A DNA stretch of 63,682 nt, the filler included, from Reclinomonas americana ATCC 50394 (Eukaryota): assembly GCA_048213135.1 (NCBI GenBank). It is 39 parts of 39 records of this genome, joined end to end, with 100 filler letters (N's around TTAATTAATTAA, not from the genome) between each part and the next. Parts side by side here need not be neighbours in the genome. Positions count along the whole stretch, not along the records: positions 1 to 1,571 come from AFZH01025449.1; positions 1,672 to 3,240 come from AFZH01025450.1; positions 3,341 to 4,910 come from AFZH01025451.1; positions 5,011 to 6,580 come from AFZH01025452.1; positions 6,681 to 8,247 come from AFZH01025453.1; positions 8,348 to 9,914 come from AFZH01025454.1; positions 10,015 to 11,036 come from AFZH01025457.1; 32 more parts are not named here. One strand, given 5' to 3'. Below the pieces are notes generated by a model. It was not told the origin of the DNA and did not search any database. It was given only the letters and a program-made list of their open reading frames with translations. Made by a program: the position numbers and the translations under genes. Below are positions 1-11,136 of the stretch, piece after piece. Every line of letters starts with the position of its first letter. The stretch's first letter is position 1.

Positions 1-301
1 GGAACTCGACTCCGGCGCGGTCGGAAAATGAGGCCTTCTCCAGCTTCATGCGGCTGTTGGACTGGCGCTCCACAAACATCTTTGTGTGTGCGGATCTCTG
101 TGTGTCAGAAATAGCAGCGTGGGAGGTGGGGAAAAGAGCAATCAATGTGCGCGTACCAGGTGACCGCCGTGCTTGGTGACGGCGAACGCGAAATTCGGAT
201 TGGCGTCGGCCAACTGCATACCGACAGCAGCAAGTGCGCGCGGCAATGCGAGACCTTGGCATGGGTGAGCACTCTGGCACTGGCCACGCGCATCGATCGG
301 A
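1..301 (-). CDS. Alpha/beta hydrolase (ABHD1/2/3-YheT-like), C-terminal exons, partial
   Basis: LADANPNFAFAVTKHGGHL, then a GT-AG intron, then MFVE...FSDRAGVEF. This resembles the NPN..(T)..GGH catalytic-His motif of that family. Confidence 0.45.
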
Positions 302-849
302 CTGTAAAGTCGCACAAAACGAGCGAGTGTGTGTGTGAGAGAGAAAGAGAAACAAGGCCGCACGCGACAATCACTGACACACATACGCACTCAACACCAA
401 GAGAGAGGAAAGCTGACGAAAACGACGGAAATCCAGAGATCAACTGCGCACGTGCCGTCAACGAGGAACACGGGAAAGTAGAACTGCAGGACAGATCGAA
501 ACAAATGAGCGACAGGGGCAGAAGAGAGAGCATATGAAGTGAGCGCACACTGGATCACTCAGTCTCTGTTGCTCATTCCTTCCTTTCCCCTATCCTCACC
601 GCCTGCACCTGCTCCGTCGCATCACTCCACGCACACGCTGCCGGAAACGCGCACGAACGACGCACAATCACCGCAGCGTGCTCTGTGCACACACCGTCGG
701 CGACAAGGCGACACCGAACCATCTGTCGTGAAAATCATGGCGCGAGAGAGTGTATGAGTGCACACATCATCCCCCACGTGTCTCATCAGTGCATCCGCCC
801 GCTGTGTAGTGTCGTGATCGACGCAACGTACAGGCAATCCAACTTGCGA

Positions 850-1400
850 TCACGATTTCGCGTCCAGACCCAGCACAGCATCACACATGGCAAGAAGATC
901 GCGCGCTTCGTTGACACAATAGTCGCACAAGTCGCGCTCACTCTCGCACAGTGCGCGCTCTTGCAGACTGAACACAGTCGACTGGAACAGTTGCACGGTG
1001 GCCTTCCTCCTGTGGAGTTCAGCGACAAGCGGGTCGTTGGCAGGAAGCTCCTCTCTCTCCCTGCAGCGGCTCTCGACTTGTTCCAAGACGCGCACAAATC
1101 TGTCGTGCGCCTCGGGCATCGTGACCCGCAGCAGCTTACAATCAGCAGCGCTCAGACCAGCGACCAAGCCTGGCGCCACAGCTGGTGTTGATCCTGCGGC
1201 TGCAGTGGGGGGCAGAGTAGCAGCAGACAAAGCTGGCGCTGCAGCTGGCGGCGGCGGCGGCGGTGGTGGTGGTGGTGGTGGTGGTGGTGGTGGTTGCTGA
1301 TCTGGTGGAGTGGCAGCGGCAGAAAGTGTGTGGAAGGAGGCGCATGAGCGAGGGTTGTAATTATAACACGAGGTGGGAGAAGTGGCGAGCGCCAGTTGTA
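850..1400 (-). CDS. Hypothetical protein exon (poly-Pro followed by a helical region)
   Basis: Open frame with a protein-like composition (PEAHDRFVRVLEQVESRCREREE...). No family recognised. Confidence 0.4.
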
Positions 1401-1571
1401 AGTGTAACTTGCAGCAGTGATCGGAAGCACCAGTGGTTGAAGCAGCCACTGCTCTGGAAGCGGAGGAAGTGGAGGAAGTGGTGCAACGTGCTGCAACACA
1501 TGTACAGATGTGGGTGGTGCGCTGATACAAAGGAGAACACCAGGGACGGAGTTGATCTCACCTCGAGCTCC

Positions 1572-1671
1572 NNNNNNNNNNNNNNNNNNNNNNNNNNNNN
1601 NNNNNNNNNNNNNNNTTAATTAATTAANNNNNNNNNNNNNNNNNNNNNNNNNNNNNNNNNNNNNNNNNNNN
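1572..1671. other. Artificial contig linker (N run + TTAATTAATTAA + N run), repeated about 38 times through the window
   Basis: The same 100-nt spacer with stops in all six frames recurs about every 1.6 kb, and the flanking sequences are unrelated. Confidence 0.98.
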
Positions 1672-1944
1672 GAGAGAGAGAGAGAAGCGGAGGGAAGGAG
1701 AAGAGATCGACACGAGAAGAGATGAGATCGAACGCGACAAGAAGAGGCACCCTCCCTCCCTCACTCACCCACTCCCTCACTCACCCACTCCCTCATTCAC
1801 CCACTCCCTCACTCCCTCCTTCACTCACCCCCTCACTCACTCCCTCACTCACCCCCTCACTCACTCGCTCACTCACTCCTTCACTCCCTCCCTCTCTCGC
1901 TCCCTCCCTCTCTCTCTCCCTCACTCTCCCTTCCTCCCTCCAAG

Positions 1945-3074
1945 GGTCTTCTGGGAGCCGAGTACGCCGTGCGTGGCGCGCTGGTGCTGCGTGCGCTGCA
2001 GATTGAGAAGGAGATCCGCAGCGGGAAGCACTCGCGCCCATTCGATCGCATTCTCTACTGCAACATTGGCAATCCGCAGCAGCTGCTGCAGCCGCCGCTC
2101 ACGTTTGGGCGGCAAGTCGGGGCGCTGATGGAGTACCCGGCGCTCATTGGTCTGTCGGAGCTGCGCGGTGTGATTCCGGCCGATGCCATGGAACGTGCGG
2201 CGTCGCTGCTGGAGCGGGTGCCGGGCGGAGTGGGAGCGTATTCGGATTCGCGTGGTGTGCCGGCGATTCGTGAGAGTGTGGCGCGCTTCATTGAGCGTCG
2301 TGATGGAGGCATCGCGGCCTCGGCCGACAATGTGTTCCTGGCCGATGGAGCCACACCGGCCATCACACGTGTGATCCAGATGCTGATTCGTGACAATAAT
2401 GATGCTGTTGCGTCACTCTCTCACTCTCTCTCTCTCTCTCTCACTCACTCACGTCTCTCGTGGCATCAGATCATGATCCCGGTGCCGACATACCCGCTGT
2501 ACACGGCCACGGTGGTGCTCTTCGGAGGACACCAGTCGTTCTACCAGCTGAATGAGGACAAGGACTGGGGCTTGGAGGTCGACGAGCTGGAGGCCCGTTT
2601 CCGCGAGGCGCGTGCCATTGGCAAGCGCGTGCGTGCACTCACCGTCATCAACCCGGGCAACCCCGCCGGCAACGTGTTGGACGAGGACAATCAGCGCGAT
2701 GTTGCGCACTTCCACTCTCTCCTCTCTCTCTCCCTCTCTCTTTTCGGCAGTCACCCACCGACACATATGCACAGATTATCCGCTGGTGCGCACGCAACGG
2801 TGTGGCGCTGCTGGCCGACGAGGTGTACCAAGACAACGTGCATCGCGACGACAAGAGGTTTGTCAGCTTCAAGAAGGTGTGGAGCGATCTGGCCGGCGAG
2901 AGCGACGAGATCAAGAACATGCAGCTGTTCTCGTTCCACTCGACCTCCAAGGGCTTCACCGGCGAGTGCGGCAAGCGCGGTGGCTACGTGGAGATGATCA
3001 ACATTGAGGACGCCGTCAAGGACCAAATGTACAAGCACGCCTCGCTGAACCTGTGCCCCAACCTCGGCGGTCAG
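1945..3074 (+). CDS. GPT: Alanine aminotransferase (PLP class I/II), partial; exons 1945-2406, 2470-2700, 2775-3074
   Basis: Motifs EYAVRG, CNIGNPQ, GAYSDSRG, P.P.YPLY, VINPGNP, LLADEVYQDN and SFHSTSKGFTGECGKRGGY. Removing two GT-AG introns restores the conserved sequence. Confidence 0.95.
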
Positions 3075-3190
3075 GTGAGGCAGGCACAGAGGGCAGAGGG
3101 GAAAGGGGAGAGAGAGAGAGAGGAAGGGGGAGAGGGAGGGAGGGGGTCAGGTGAGGCAGGCACAGAGGACTGAGGGAATGGGAGAGAAGA

Positions 3191-3240
<50 letters not shown>

Positions 3241-3340
3241 NNNNNNNNNNNNNNNNNNNNNNNNNNNNNNNNNNNNNNNNNNNNTTAATTAATTAANNNN
3301 NNNNNNNNNNNNNNNNNNNNNNNNNNNNNNNNNNNNNNNN

Positions 3341-4240
3341 GCAGCAACAGCCGGATGCACCTCCACACTGACACCCAACTTCAGAGCGTACAGCGCGACG
3401 AGGGGCATGCGGATCAGTGGCCACTTGGAAGCGAGCACCTGCATCAAGAGCAGCCACAGCAGCACCGGCCTGGGGAACAACAGGAGACAACAACACAGAG
3501 AAATACCGCTGCGGCGTGGCAACTGGCAACTGCTGGCGATTGACGTCTGTGACCTCGTTCGACTGCCGGTACTTGTCCACCAAACCAGCTGCCGGCAACG
3601 GCGAAAAATCGTCAACACGACCACCGGCAGCCTTCACCGAGCAGTGGAGCATGTGCTCCACCACACGGCGAGTCAGCGGACGGCGCGCGGTGTGTCAGCA
3701 GCTTCACCACCGAGATGATCAACAGAGTACAGACCGAGACCACCTTTCGACAGCGGAGTGTAGAGGAAGGGTGTGCCGGAGTCGTTGTCGAGGCCGAGGC
3801 AGAGGCGGATGTTGTCGCGGATCTTGCGGTCGAATCTGCCGAGCACGTCCGGGTGGAGCTCCACCGCCGACATGACGAAGGTGGCCTTGGGGAGGACGAA
3901 GCGGCGAACGGCATCCACCTTCTGGAGCGGCAACAGCGACGACTGCTTGATGGCCTCGATCGGAGTGAAGAGCTGCTTCTCCAGCATCTTCGTCACTTGC
4001 TTCGAATTCTTCGCCTCACTTGTGCGAGTCGGTGAGTAGAACGGGTAGCCAAGCCAGCGATATCGATCGCACTCAGTAACAGATGACATGGATCGCAACG
4101 CAATGCCAGCCATTGTCAGCTCGAGATCGAACTCCTCCGCCACAAAGTTCTGCGCCTGCATCGGACCAGTCGGCCTGTTCCGAGAACGCAGAGCCAGCAC
4201 CAATGACTTCTGCGGGTCGTCGGCGATGCCAAACAACACT
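3341..4240 (-). mobile_element. Degenerate, 5'-truncated non-LTR retrotransposon (R2/NeSL-like RT C-terminal/thumb region)
   Basis: YRWLG...LLPLQKVDAVRRFVLPK...FDRKIRDNIRLCLGL...FLYTPLSKGGLG. No YADD/FADD core is visible and the frame shifts after GGLG. Confidence 0.8.
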
Positions 4241-6680
4241 CGAACACATATATGCAATAAAGGCAGGGACACACACGAATGTCTCAGAGGAAGAGTGGCC
4301 GATCGCGAGACGCTACGAATGAACACAGATGCAAACGAAGCAGCTGCAGGGAGAGGCAAAGAGGCATGAGTGATCCAGAGCATAAATATGCAAGTTGAAA
4401 GATGAACATGTGTGTGTGTGTGTGTGTGTGTGTGCAGCGCTCTCCAACGCCAGGGATCCGGAGGAGCGTGTGTCGAAGTCTCAACACAATCGACTTGTTG
4501 CTGACCGTTGTGTCGATGTCGACTTCGACAGCGAACTTGGGGTGCAGCTGTACCCCAGCTGCGGCTACTGGGAAGCACCCCGTCCCCTTCTTTTTCTGGT
4601 CGACAGTACCCCGTACCCGGTGGATAAAAAAGTACTGCACCCCAGCACCCCTGCGCTGCGTGCCCCCCTCGCTGTTGACGGAATCGACCAATCCGCCACC
4701 CAAACACAAGCATGCGGCGGAGAGTTCACAAGCAGGAGGAGGAGCAGGAGGAAGAGGAGGAGGAGAAGGAGGAGCAGGTCGTTGGCGGCGGTGGTGTGTC
4801 GGCATTGTCGACGCGGAGAGAGGCGATGGAGGAGCACACGGACAGCGATGATAGCGTCATTGCGGAGGAGGAGCGTGTGCGGCGGCGACGCAAGCGGCGG
4901 CAGGAGGCTGNNNNNNNNNNNNNNNNNNNNNNNNNNNNNNNNNNNNNNNNNNNNTTAATTAATTAANNNNNNNNNNNNNNNNNNNNNNNNNNNNNNNNNN
5001 NNNNNNNNNNGAATCAGTCTGCATGCTGATTTGGTCACGCTGCCTAAGTGCACAGCAATCAGTCGACTCATTAAGCTTTTGAACATCACCATCGCGCTCC
5101 TGAGTGCACGAACTTTCTCGGCGTGTGCTCGAAAAAGTCTCATCTTCAACGCCTCTCACACGCTGATCATGATGAAAACACAATCCTTGCACATCGGGTG
5201 TGCGAAGAGCAGGTTGCTGTATGCTGGCGTGTAGGTGGTGTCATAATGCGTCCCCCCAGGTTGACAGAAACCTCTACATTGCAACCCTGATCACACTGGA
5301 GATGAAACACAAATTTCTGCAAAAAGCAGCAATGCTGCTTTTTTCTGGCCAGCAAAATGCTGCATTGGTGCATTTTTTTCGTCTGACGCACCGTTGGAAC
5401 ATCTGTCAGTCGCTAAGGGTTTTGAGAGTGCAAACTCACGCAGAAATGTACCAGGATTCCGATACACACACGAAGAGAGCATGAAGAGTCGCCAGACGCG
5501 GAAAAACTGAAATATCCGCTCTCTCTCCTGCGTGGAAGCACGAATAAGGTTTTGCTTCATTCCGCAGTACGTGCAAGTATGTGCACGAGCGTTGTGTACC
5601 TGAAAGAATGTTGCAAAATCATGAGGCAAGTCAAGGTTGCGTGACTGAGCCTCGAATTCGCATTGTTTTCGACCAGACTCTCCAAGAAAGAGAAACGAGA
5701 GCACAGACGAAGTGCGACGGTGCGTGCGGTCACGTCTTCACGAAGAGCGTGCGTCCCTTTGTACCACTGCTTTGCTCCGAAGTCGACAACAATTGCACCA
5801 ACATTGTTTGCGTTCGTCCGGATCCCCGCGCAGCGCAGAACTCGCCCGCACTCGCGCAGCGAATTGTTTCACTCACACGCACCGACGCTCGCATGAAGCG
5901 CGCGAAGAGGTGTCATCCAAGCAGCTCCTGCTCCACGCATTTGCACCACAAACACATCGCGGTCTGTGTTATGCTGCTCATCTACAGTTCTCGTGATGTC
6001 CTGCAATGAGAAACGCGGGGGAGTACAAGTATACGACAACAGTCGGGATTGTCGGCGTGGCACTCGTTTTTGAGGGTTCACAAGTGTTCGCGACCACTGC
6101 AGCTTGTACTCTTCTACTCTGTGCTCGTACCAGTGTTCTACTCGCCGCGGTTGACCATGATGAGCTTCACCACGTAGTACTGCATGTGCTTCGCTCTTTG
6201 CTGCTCCCTTTCTGTTGCGCGAGTTTGTTCGGCGGCGGTGGGAGGACTGTGAGGATCAAGTGTTGGACTGCATGCTGCGGCGGCCACATCACTGGCTCGC
6301 TGACACGATGTTGGCGTCGTGGTGACAACTACAGCTAGTGCAAGGGAGGCGATTTCTTTTTGCTCGTCCTTCGTCCATAAGAAAGGGTTTACACTCGTGT
6401 TGTGCCCGCGGGCAGGAGACAGATGACGATGAGATAAAGAGGAAAACTCCGGATCCGCGAAACCGGCTGCACAATACGAGTGCATTGCCGGATGTCTCAC
6501 TGAAAGGCGCAAGTCGAGAGCTGCAGACTCCACCGCCATGAAAGTGCTGCAGCCTCGGTCGATCTCGACATTGCCCCGCANNNNNNNNNNNNNNNNNNNN
6601 NNNNNNNNNNNNNNNNNNNNNNNNTTAATTAATTAANNNNNNNNNNNNNNNNNNNNNNNNNNNNNNNNNNNNNNNNNNNN

Positions 6681-8182
6681 ACAATGTTTGTCGGCGCCAC
6701 GGGAACTGCATCACACAACACAGTCAGCACAAAGAATCAACGTACCACAGCACAGCACATGCACACGCAACTGTCGGTGATCACAAACGTCTTCTCCACA
6801 AACGCTCCACTATTATCGGTCGCTCGTACAATCACCGTGAACCCACTTCCCGTCTGTCCGCTGGCACTCAGGCGCAGCTGATTCCCCGAAATGTTGAACA
6901 GACCGCTGTCCGCTCCACCACTGATCGTGAGCACGTGCGTGTCGCTGCCATTCGCATCCACCACTGTCATCGTTCCCACGACAACATTCGTACTCGCCGT
7001 CGGCGGCGCATACGTGTCATTCGACAACACAATGTCCGTCGGTGCCAGGTTCGCTGCATCTCCACCGTTCAGTACAAATGCCTCCCTCTCTTCCTCTCCC
7101 TCTCTCCCTCTCTCTCTCTCTCTCACTCACACACACACACACACACGCACACACACAGAGAGAGAGAGAGAATTGAAAACCACACCTTCGTTGATGGTGA
7201 ACAGCTTGCTCAGGGTGCCACCATTTTGATCGTCCGTCTGAATCTGCACCTTCAGGTTGTTGCCCGTCAGTCCGGCCACATTCGACCGCAGCTGGCTGCC
7301 CACAATCGCAAACTTGGCCTGATCCGCCCCGCCGACAATCGTGTACACAAATGTCTGGCAGCAGTTGCTGTCTGATGTGCTCAGCGTCGCCACCACACTG
7401 CTCATTCCGAGCGGCGGCGGATACAGCAGCGTCGACAGCGCCACATCGCTCGGCACCACATTCGCTGTGTGTATGCACGTCCGCAATGTGTGAGCTCACC
7501 ACTCCCCACTGCTCACTGCAAGTTCTCGTGAAAAAACACTCACTTTCGTTCACAACAAACGCCTTTGCAAACGTAAACCCGCTGCTGTCCGTCACTCGCA
7601 CCGTCACTTGCAGTCCAGTGCCGCCTTGTCCGCTGTTGCGCAGCACCAGATTCGACCCGACAACATCGAACAGAGCTCCATTCGTGCCGCCTTGAATCGT
7701 GAACGTGAACGTGTCCAACACATTGCCATCTGTAGCAGACAGCGCGCCCACCGCAGTATTCGTTGACACGGTCGGCGGCGTGTACACACTGCTCGACAGC
7801 GAAATATCCGTCGGTCCAACAGGCACTGCACACGGCGTGAGTATCATCTTCACCACGATCACCACATGCCACCATCAACATCATCATCCACCGCACTCAC
7901 CATCATTGACCGTAAACTGCTTCGCAAACGTCGCACTGCCACTGTCTGTCGTCTGCACAACCACCACAAGGCCAGTGCCGCGCTGTCCAGCAGCAACAAT
8001 CCGCAGCTGCGATCCCGCAATCTCAAACACACTGCTGTCCGCTCCACCCACAATCTGGTATGTGAACGTCTCTCCTGTGTTCGCGTCCGTAGTCGACAGA
8101 CTTCCCACAACACTGTGTGCCGCCGCAGTCGGTGGTGTGTACGTGTTCGACGACAGTGCAATGTTGGTCGGCGCCACATTGT
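6681..8182 (-). CDS. Cadherin-like repeat surface protein, partial; exons 8182-7901, 7825-7544, 7464-7186, 7053-6772, 6705-<6681
   Basis: Each exon encodes APTDI.LS...Y.PP.....VG.LS.TD....TFTY.I.GG.....F.I.G.QL......V.V..TD..G..F.K.F.V. Confidence 0.85.
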
Positions 8183-8347
8183 CTGTGCAAACACACACAC
8201 ACACACAAACATGAATATCGACAGGATCTCCATCTCACTTCCCTCGTNNNNNNNNNNNNNNNNNNNNNNNNNNNNNNNNNNNNNNNNNNNNTTAATTAAT
8301 TAANNNNNNNNNNNNNNNNNNNNNNNNNNNNNNNNNNNNNNNNNNNN

Positions 8348-9013
8348 GGCCAGTCGTGCTGCGCCGGCAAGTGCGTCAACCTCGGCAACAATCCATTCAA
8401 CTGTGGCACGTGCGGCAAGTCGTGTGCCGCCGGCCAGGACTGCTGCAACAGCGTGTGCTACACCATCAGCAACTACGCCACCGACGTCAAGAACTGCGGC
8501 AAATGCGGCAACGTGTGCTCCACTGGCCAGTCGTGCTGCAACGGCGTCTGCACCAATCTCAGCAACAACGCCAACAACTGCGGCACCTGTGGCAAGACGT
8601 GCGCCGCCGGTCAGGTCTGCTGCAACGGCTTGTGCGTCCTGTCCAGCAGTTTCACCAACGACAGGAACAACTGTGGCTCTTGCGGCTTTGTGTGCCCCGC
8701 TACTAGTCAGTCGTGCTGCAACAGCAAGTGCGTCGTGATGAGCAGCGATCCGAGCAACTGCGGCACCTGTGGCAAGACGTGCCCCACTGGCCAGTCGTGC
8801 TGCAACAGTGTCTGCGTCAATACCCAGAGCTTCACCACGGACGCCAAGAATTGTGGCACGTGCGGACATGTGTGCCCGCTGACGGCACCCAATTGCTGCA
8901 GCGGATCGTGTGTGGCGCCGACCAATGATCCGCTGAAATGCGGTCCGTGCGCCAATGTGCAGTGCCTTCCCAATCTCAAGTGCTGCACGGGAGTGTGCAA
9001 GACCGCCTGCTGA
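8348..9013 (+). CDS. Cys-rich repeat protein (Stig1-like CC...C.......NCG.CG..C repeats), C-terminal part
   Basis: About 7 tandem repeats of roughly 28-30 aa, such as CCNGVCTNLSNNANNCGTCGKTC. Stop TGA at 9011-9013. Confidence 0.85.
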   Translation, partial: GQSCCAGKCVNLGNNPFNCGTCGKSCAAGQDCCNSVCYTISNYATDVKNCGKCGNVCSTGQSCCNGVCTNLSNNANNCGTCGKTCAAGQVCCNGLCVLSSSFTNDRNNCGSCGFVCPATSQSCCNSKCVVMSSDPSNCGTCGKTCPTGQSCCNSVCVNTQSFTTDAKNCGTCGHVCPLTAPNCCSGSCVAPTNDPLKCGPCANVQCLPNLKCCTGVCKTAC

Positions 9014-9189
9014 TCTGCACCACCCAAGTGAAAACGGGCGCAGCTGAGCATTGTTAATGTAAAGAAGAAGCTCTGGCCTTGGAACAATAGAACCATTGAG
9101 GGTGGGACAACGAGGCGCACAAACATCCAGCTGAGGGGACAGCGATCAGGTACCTGACATACAACTCGTGCAGGCCATGGTTCATTGCG

Positions 9190-9913
9190 CTACCACCAAA
9201 GTGCGCGACGCTCAATCACCTCTGCATCCTCCAACACAAAACACCGCAGCACAACATCGACGAGAATCCAGTCGCAGACATCGTCCTCCTCGCCGAACAG
9301 CAGCTCGTCGACGGCCAGCGCGGCCGATCGCGCGGCCGCAAGCTCCTGACCGGCAAGTCCACGCGGCGTGGACCACACTCGGATCGTCTTGTCGCCGCCC
9401 GCGCTCAGAATGTGGTGACCATCGAGAGTGACGGCAACGCTCACCACTGAGCGAGTGTGTCCCTCTAACCGTCGCACCTCCTCACCGCTCGCCAGCGACC
9501 ACACACGCACTGTGGTGTCATCGCTTCCGCTGATGATGTGCTGGCCGTCGGGAGTGAGAGCGACGGACAGCACTGCACTGCTGTGCCCTTCCAATCGCCG
9601 TACTTCCTCGCCGCTCGCCAGAGACCACACACGTACCGTATGATCATGGCCCCCGCTCACAATGCGCTCGCCATCGGGAGCGACAGCAGAAGACCACACC
9701 AATTGAGCGTGCCCATCCAGTCGTCGTACTTCTTCTCCACTCGCGAGGGACCACACTCGCATTGTAGCATCCTGACACCCGCAAATAATATGCTGACCAT
9801 CTGGAGTGATGGCGACACAATACACCCCGCCAGAGTGCCCCGACAGGCGTCGCACTTCTTCTCCACCGGCCAGTGACCACACTCGAACTGTCTTGTCATG
9901 GCCGCCGCTCACA
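9190..9913 (-). CDS. WD40-repeat protein, intronless, 5' partial
   Basis: Highly similar repeats of the form LEGH...V.SVAVTPDG.HI.SG..D.TVRVWSLASGEEVRR. Confidence 0.92.
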
Positions 9914-10014
9914 ANNNNNNNNNNNNNNNNNNNNNNNNNNNNNNNNNNNNNNNNNNNNTTAATTAATTAANNNNNNNNNNNNNNNNNNNNNNNNNNNNNN
10001 NNNNNNNNNNNNNN

Positions 10015-10991
10015 CCGAGGCGCGAGTCGCCGTCGACGATGCGTCGCCAGATCTCCGGGAGCAGCCCGAGCGTGACGGGCACCTTCCCGAGCGACGCTGC
10101 GGAAGAGAGCTCGTTCGCCAGATACCAGTGCTTGGCGGCGAAGGGGTCGCGGCCGACGAGGGCCCAGCCTGTGTGGGTCTCGGCGGACGCGATGGCCAAC
10201 GCCTCCCGGATCCGATCGTCGAACCCCAGACGGACTCCCCTCTCGGCATGAGTCGCGACGCGCGCGGCGAGCTCTTCCGCGGCGCGGTCCGGAATGTCGC
10301 GCGGCGGGCTGCCGATGTACGCACCGAGGATACGGAGCAGGATCTCGGCTGCTCCCTCCCGCACCGACCGGTCGGGGAGCGATCGAGTCAGGCCTGCGTC
10401 GAGCACGACCGTGTCGGCGCGCATCACGCCGCCGGTGACCAGCCTCCGAGACGGCAGCACCCCTTCTCCGTGGAGACACGCGACCGCGCTCGCCTCAGAC
10501 CCGGTTCCGAGCGTCGTCGGGATCATGACCAGCGCCGTCGCACTCCGCGTCCATCCCTCCGGGACGATCGATACGCCGAACGACTCAGCTGCATGGCACA
10601 CGGAGCGGAATGACGCGGCGCTCACGAGCAGAAGCCGCAGCAGCTTCGCCGCGTCCATGACCGAACCGCCGCCGATCGCGATGATGCCGCCGACGTTCGA
10701 CCCCGAGGCCGCCGTGTCACCCTCGGGGCTCCGAATCTCGCGCCGGACCTCTGCGTGCGCCCGCGCGAGCAACTCCCGCTGGGGCTCCTGACGGGGGTCG
10801 AACACCATGACGTGCCGCGCTCTCGACGACAGCGACGGATGACGTTCATGAACGCTCGCGTCGATGAGGACGAGCCCGTTCCTCATCGCCCCGAACCGAG
10901 GGAGCGATCGAGCGGCTGCTCCCACGCCGATGGCCGTCGCAGCGACGACATCGTGCGTCATCAGCGGGTCGCGTGCTCCCCGCCCCGTCAT
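10015..10991 (-). CDS. mpaC: Fe-ADH-fold dehydrogenase, probable daptide-type RiPP biosynthesis dehydrogenase (bacterial, 3' partial)
   Basis: IAIGGGSVMDAAK and IPTTLGTGSE (Fe-ADH fold), plus GWALVGRDPFAAKHWYLANELS...K...LLP.IWR.I.DGD.RL, which I recall as typical of the daptide MpaC subfamily. High GC, no introns. Confidence 0.75.
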
Positions 10992-11036
10992 GCGGCAGTC
11001 TCCTCGTCGAGCGCGCCGAGAATGGCGTCGGCGGTC
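10988..11036 (-). CDS. C-terminus of an upstream bacterial gene overlapping the dehydrogenase start (ATGA)
   Basis: ...TADAILGALDEETAA* ends at a TGA that overlaps the ATG at 10991, the signature of translational coupling in an operon. Confidence 0.65.
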
Positions 11037-11136
11037 NNNNNNNNNNNNNNNNNNNNNNNNNNNNNNNNNNNNNNNNNNNNTTAATTAATTAANNNNNNNN
11101 NNNNNNNNNNNNNNNNNNNNNNNNNNNNNNNNNNNN

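Noticed and set aside
850..852. TGA reassignment (in-frame TGA at 850, 23725 and 37944 followed by protein-like sequence)
   Set aside because: Conserved genes use TGG for Trp with no internal stops, and TGA is a genuine terminator at 9013 and 36840.
1616..1627. Regularly spaced TTAATTAATTAA motif as a biological repeat
   Set aside because: It is always embedded in N runs, so it is an assembly concatenation linker. ORFs running into X stretches are artefacts.
2407..2469. Non-canonical (euglenid-type) intron boundaries or a low-complexity protein insertion in ALT
   Set aside because: All introns I could resolve are GT-AG. This one is simply an in-frame 63-nt intron.
5700..6005. Possible polinton or viral DNA polymerase remnant
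   Set aside because: Only a vague short resemblance, with no catalytic motifs.
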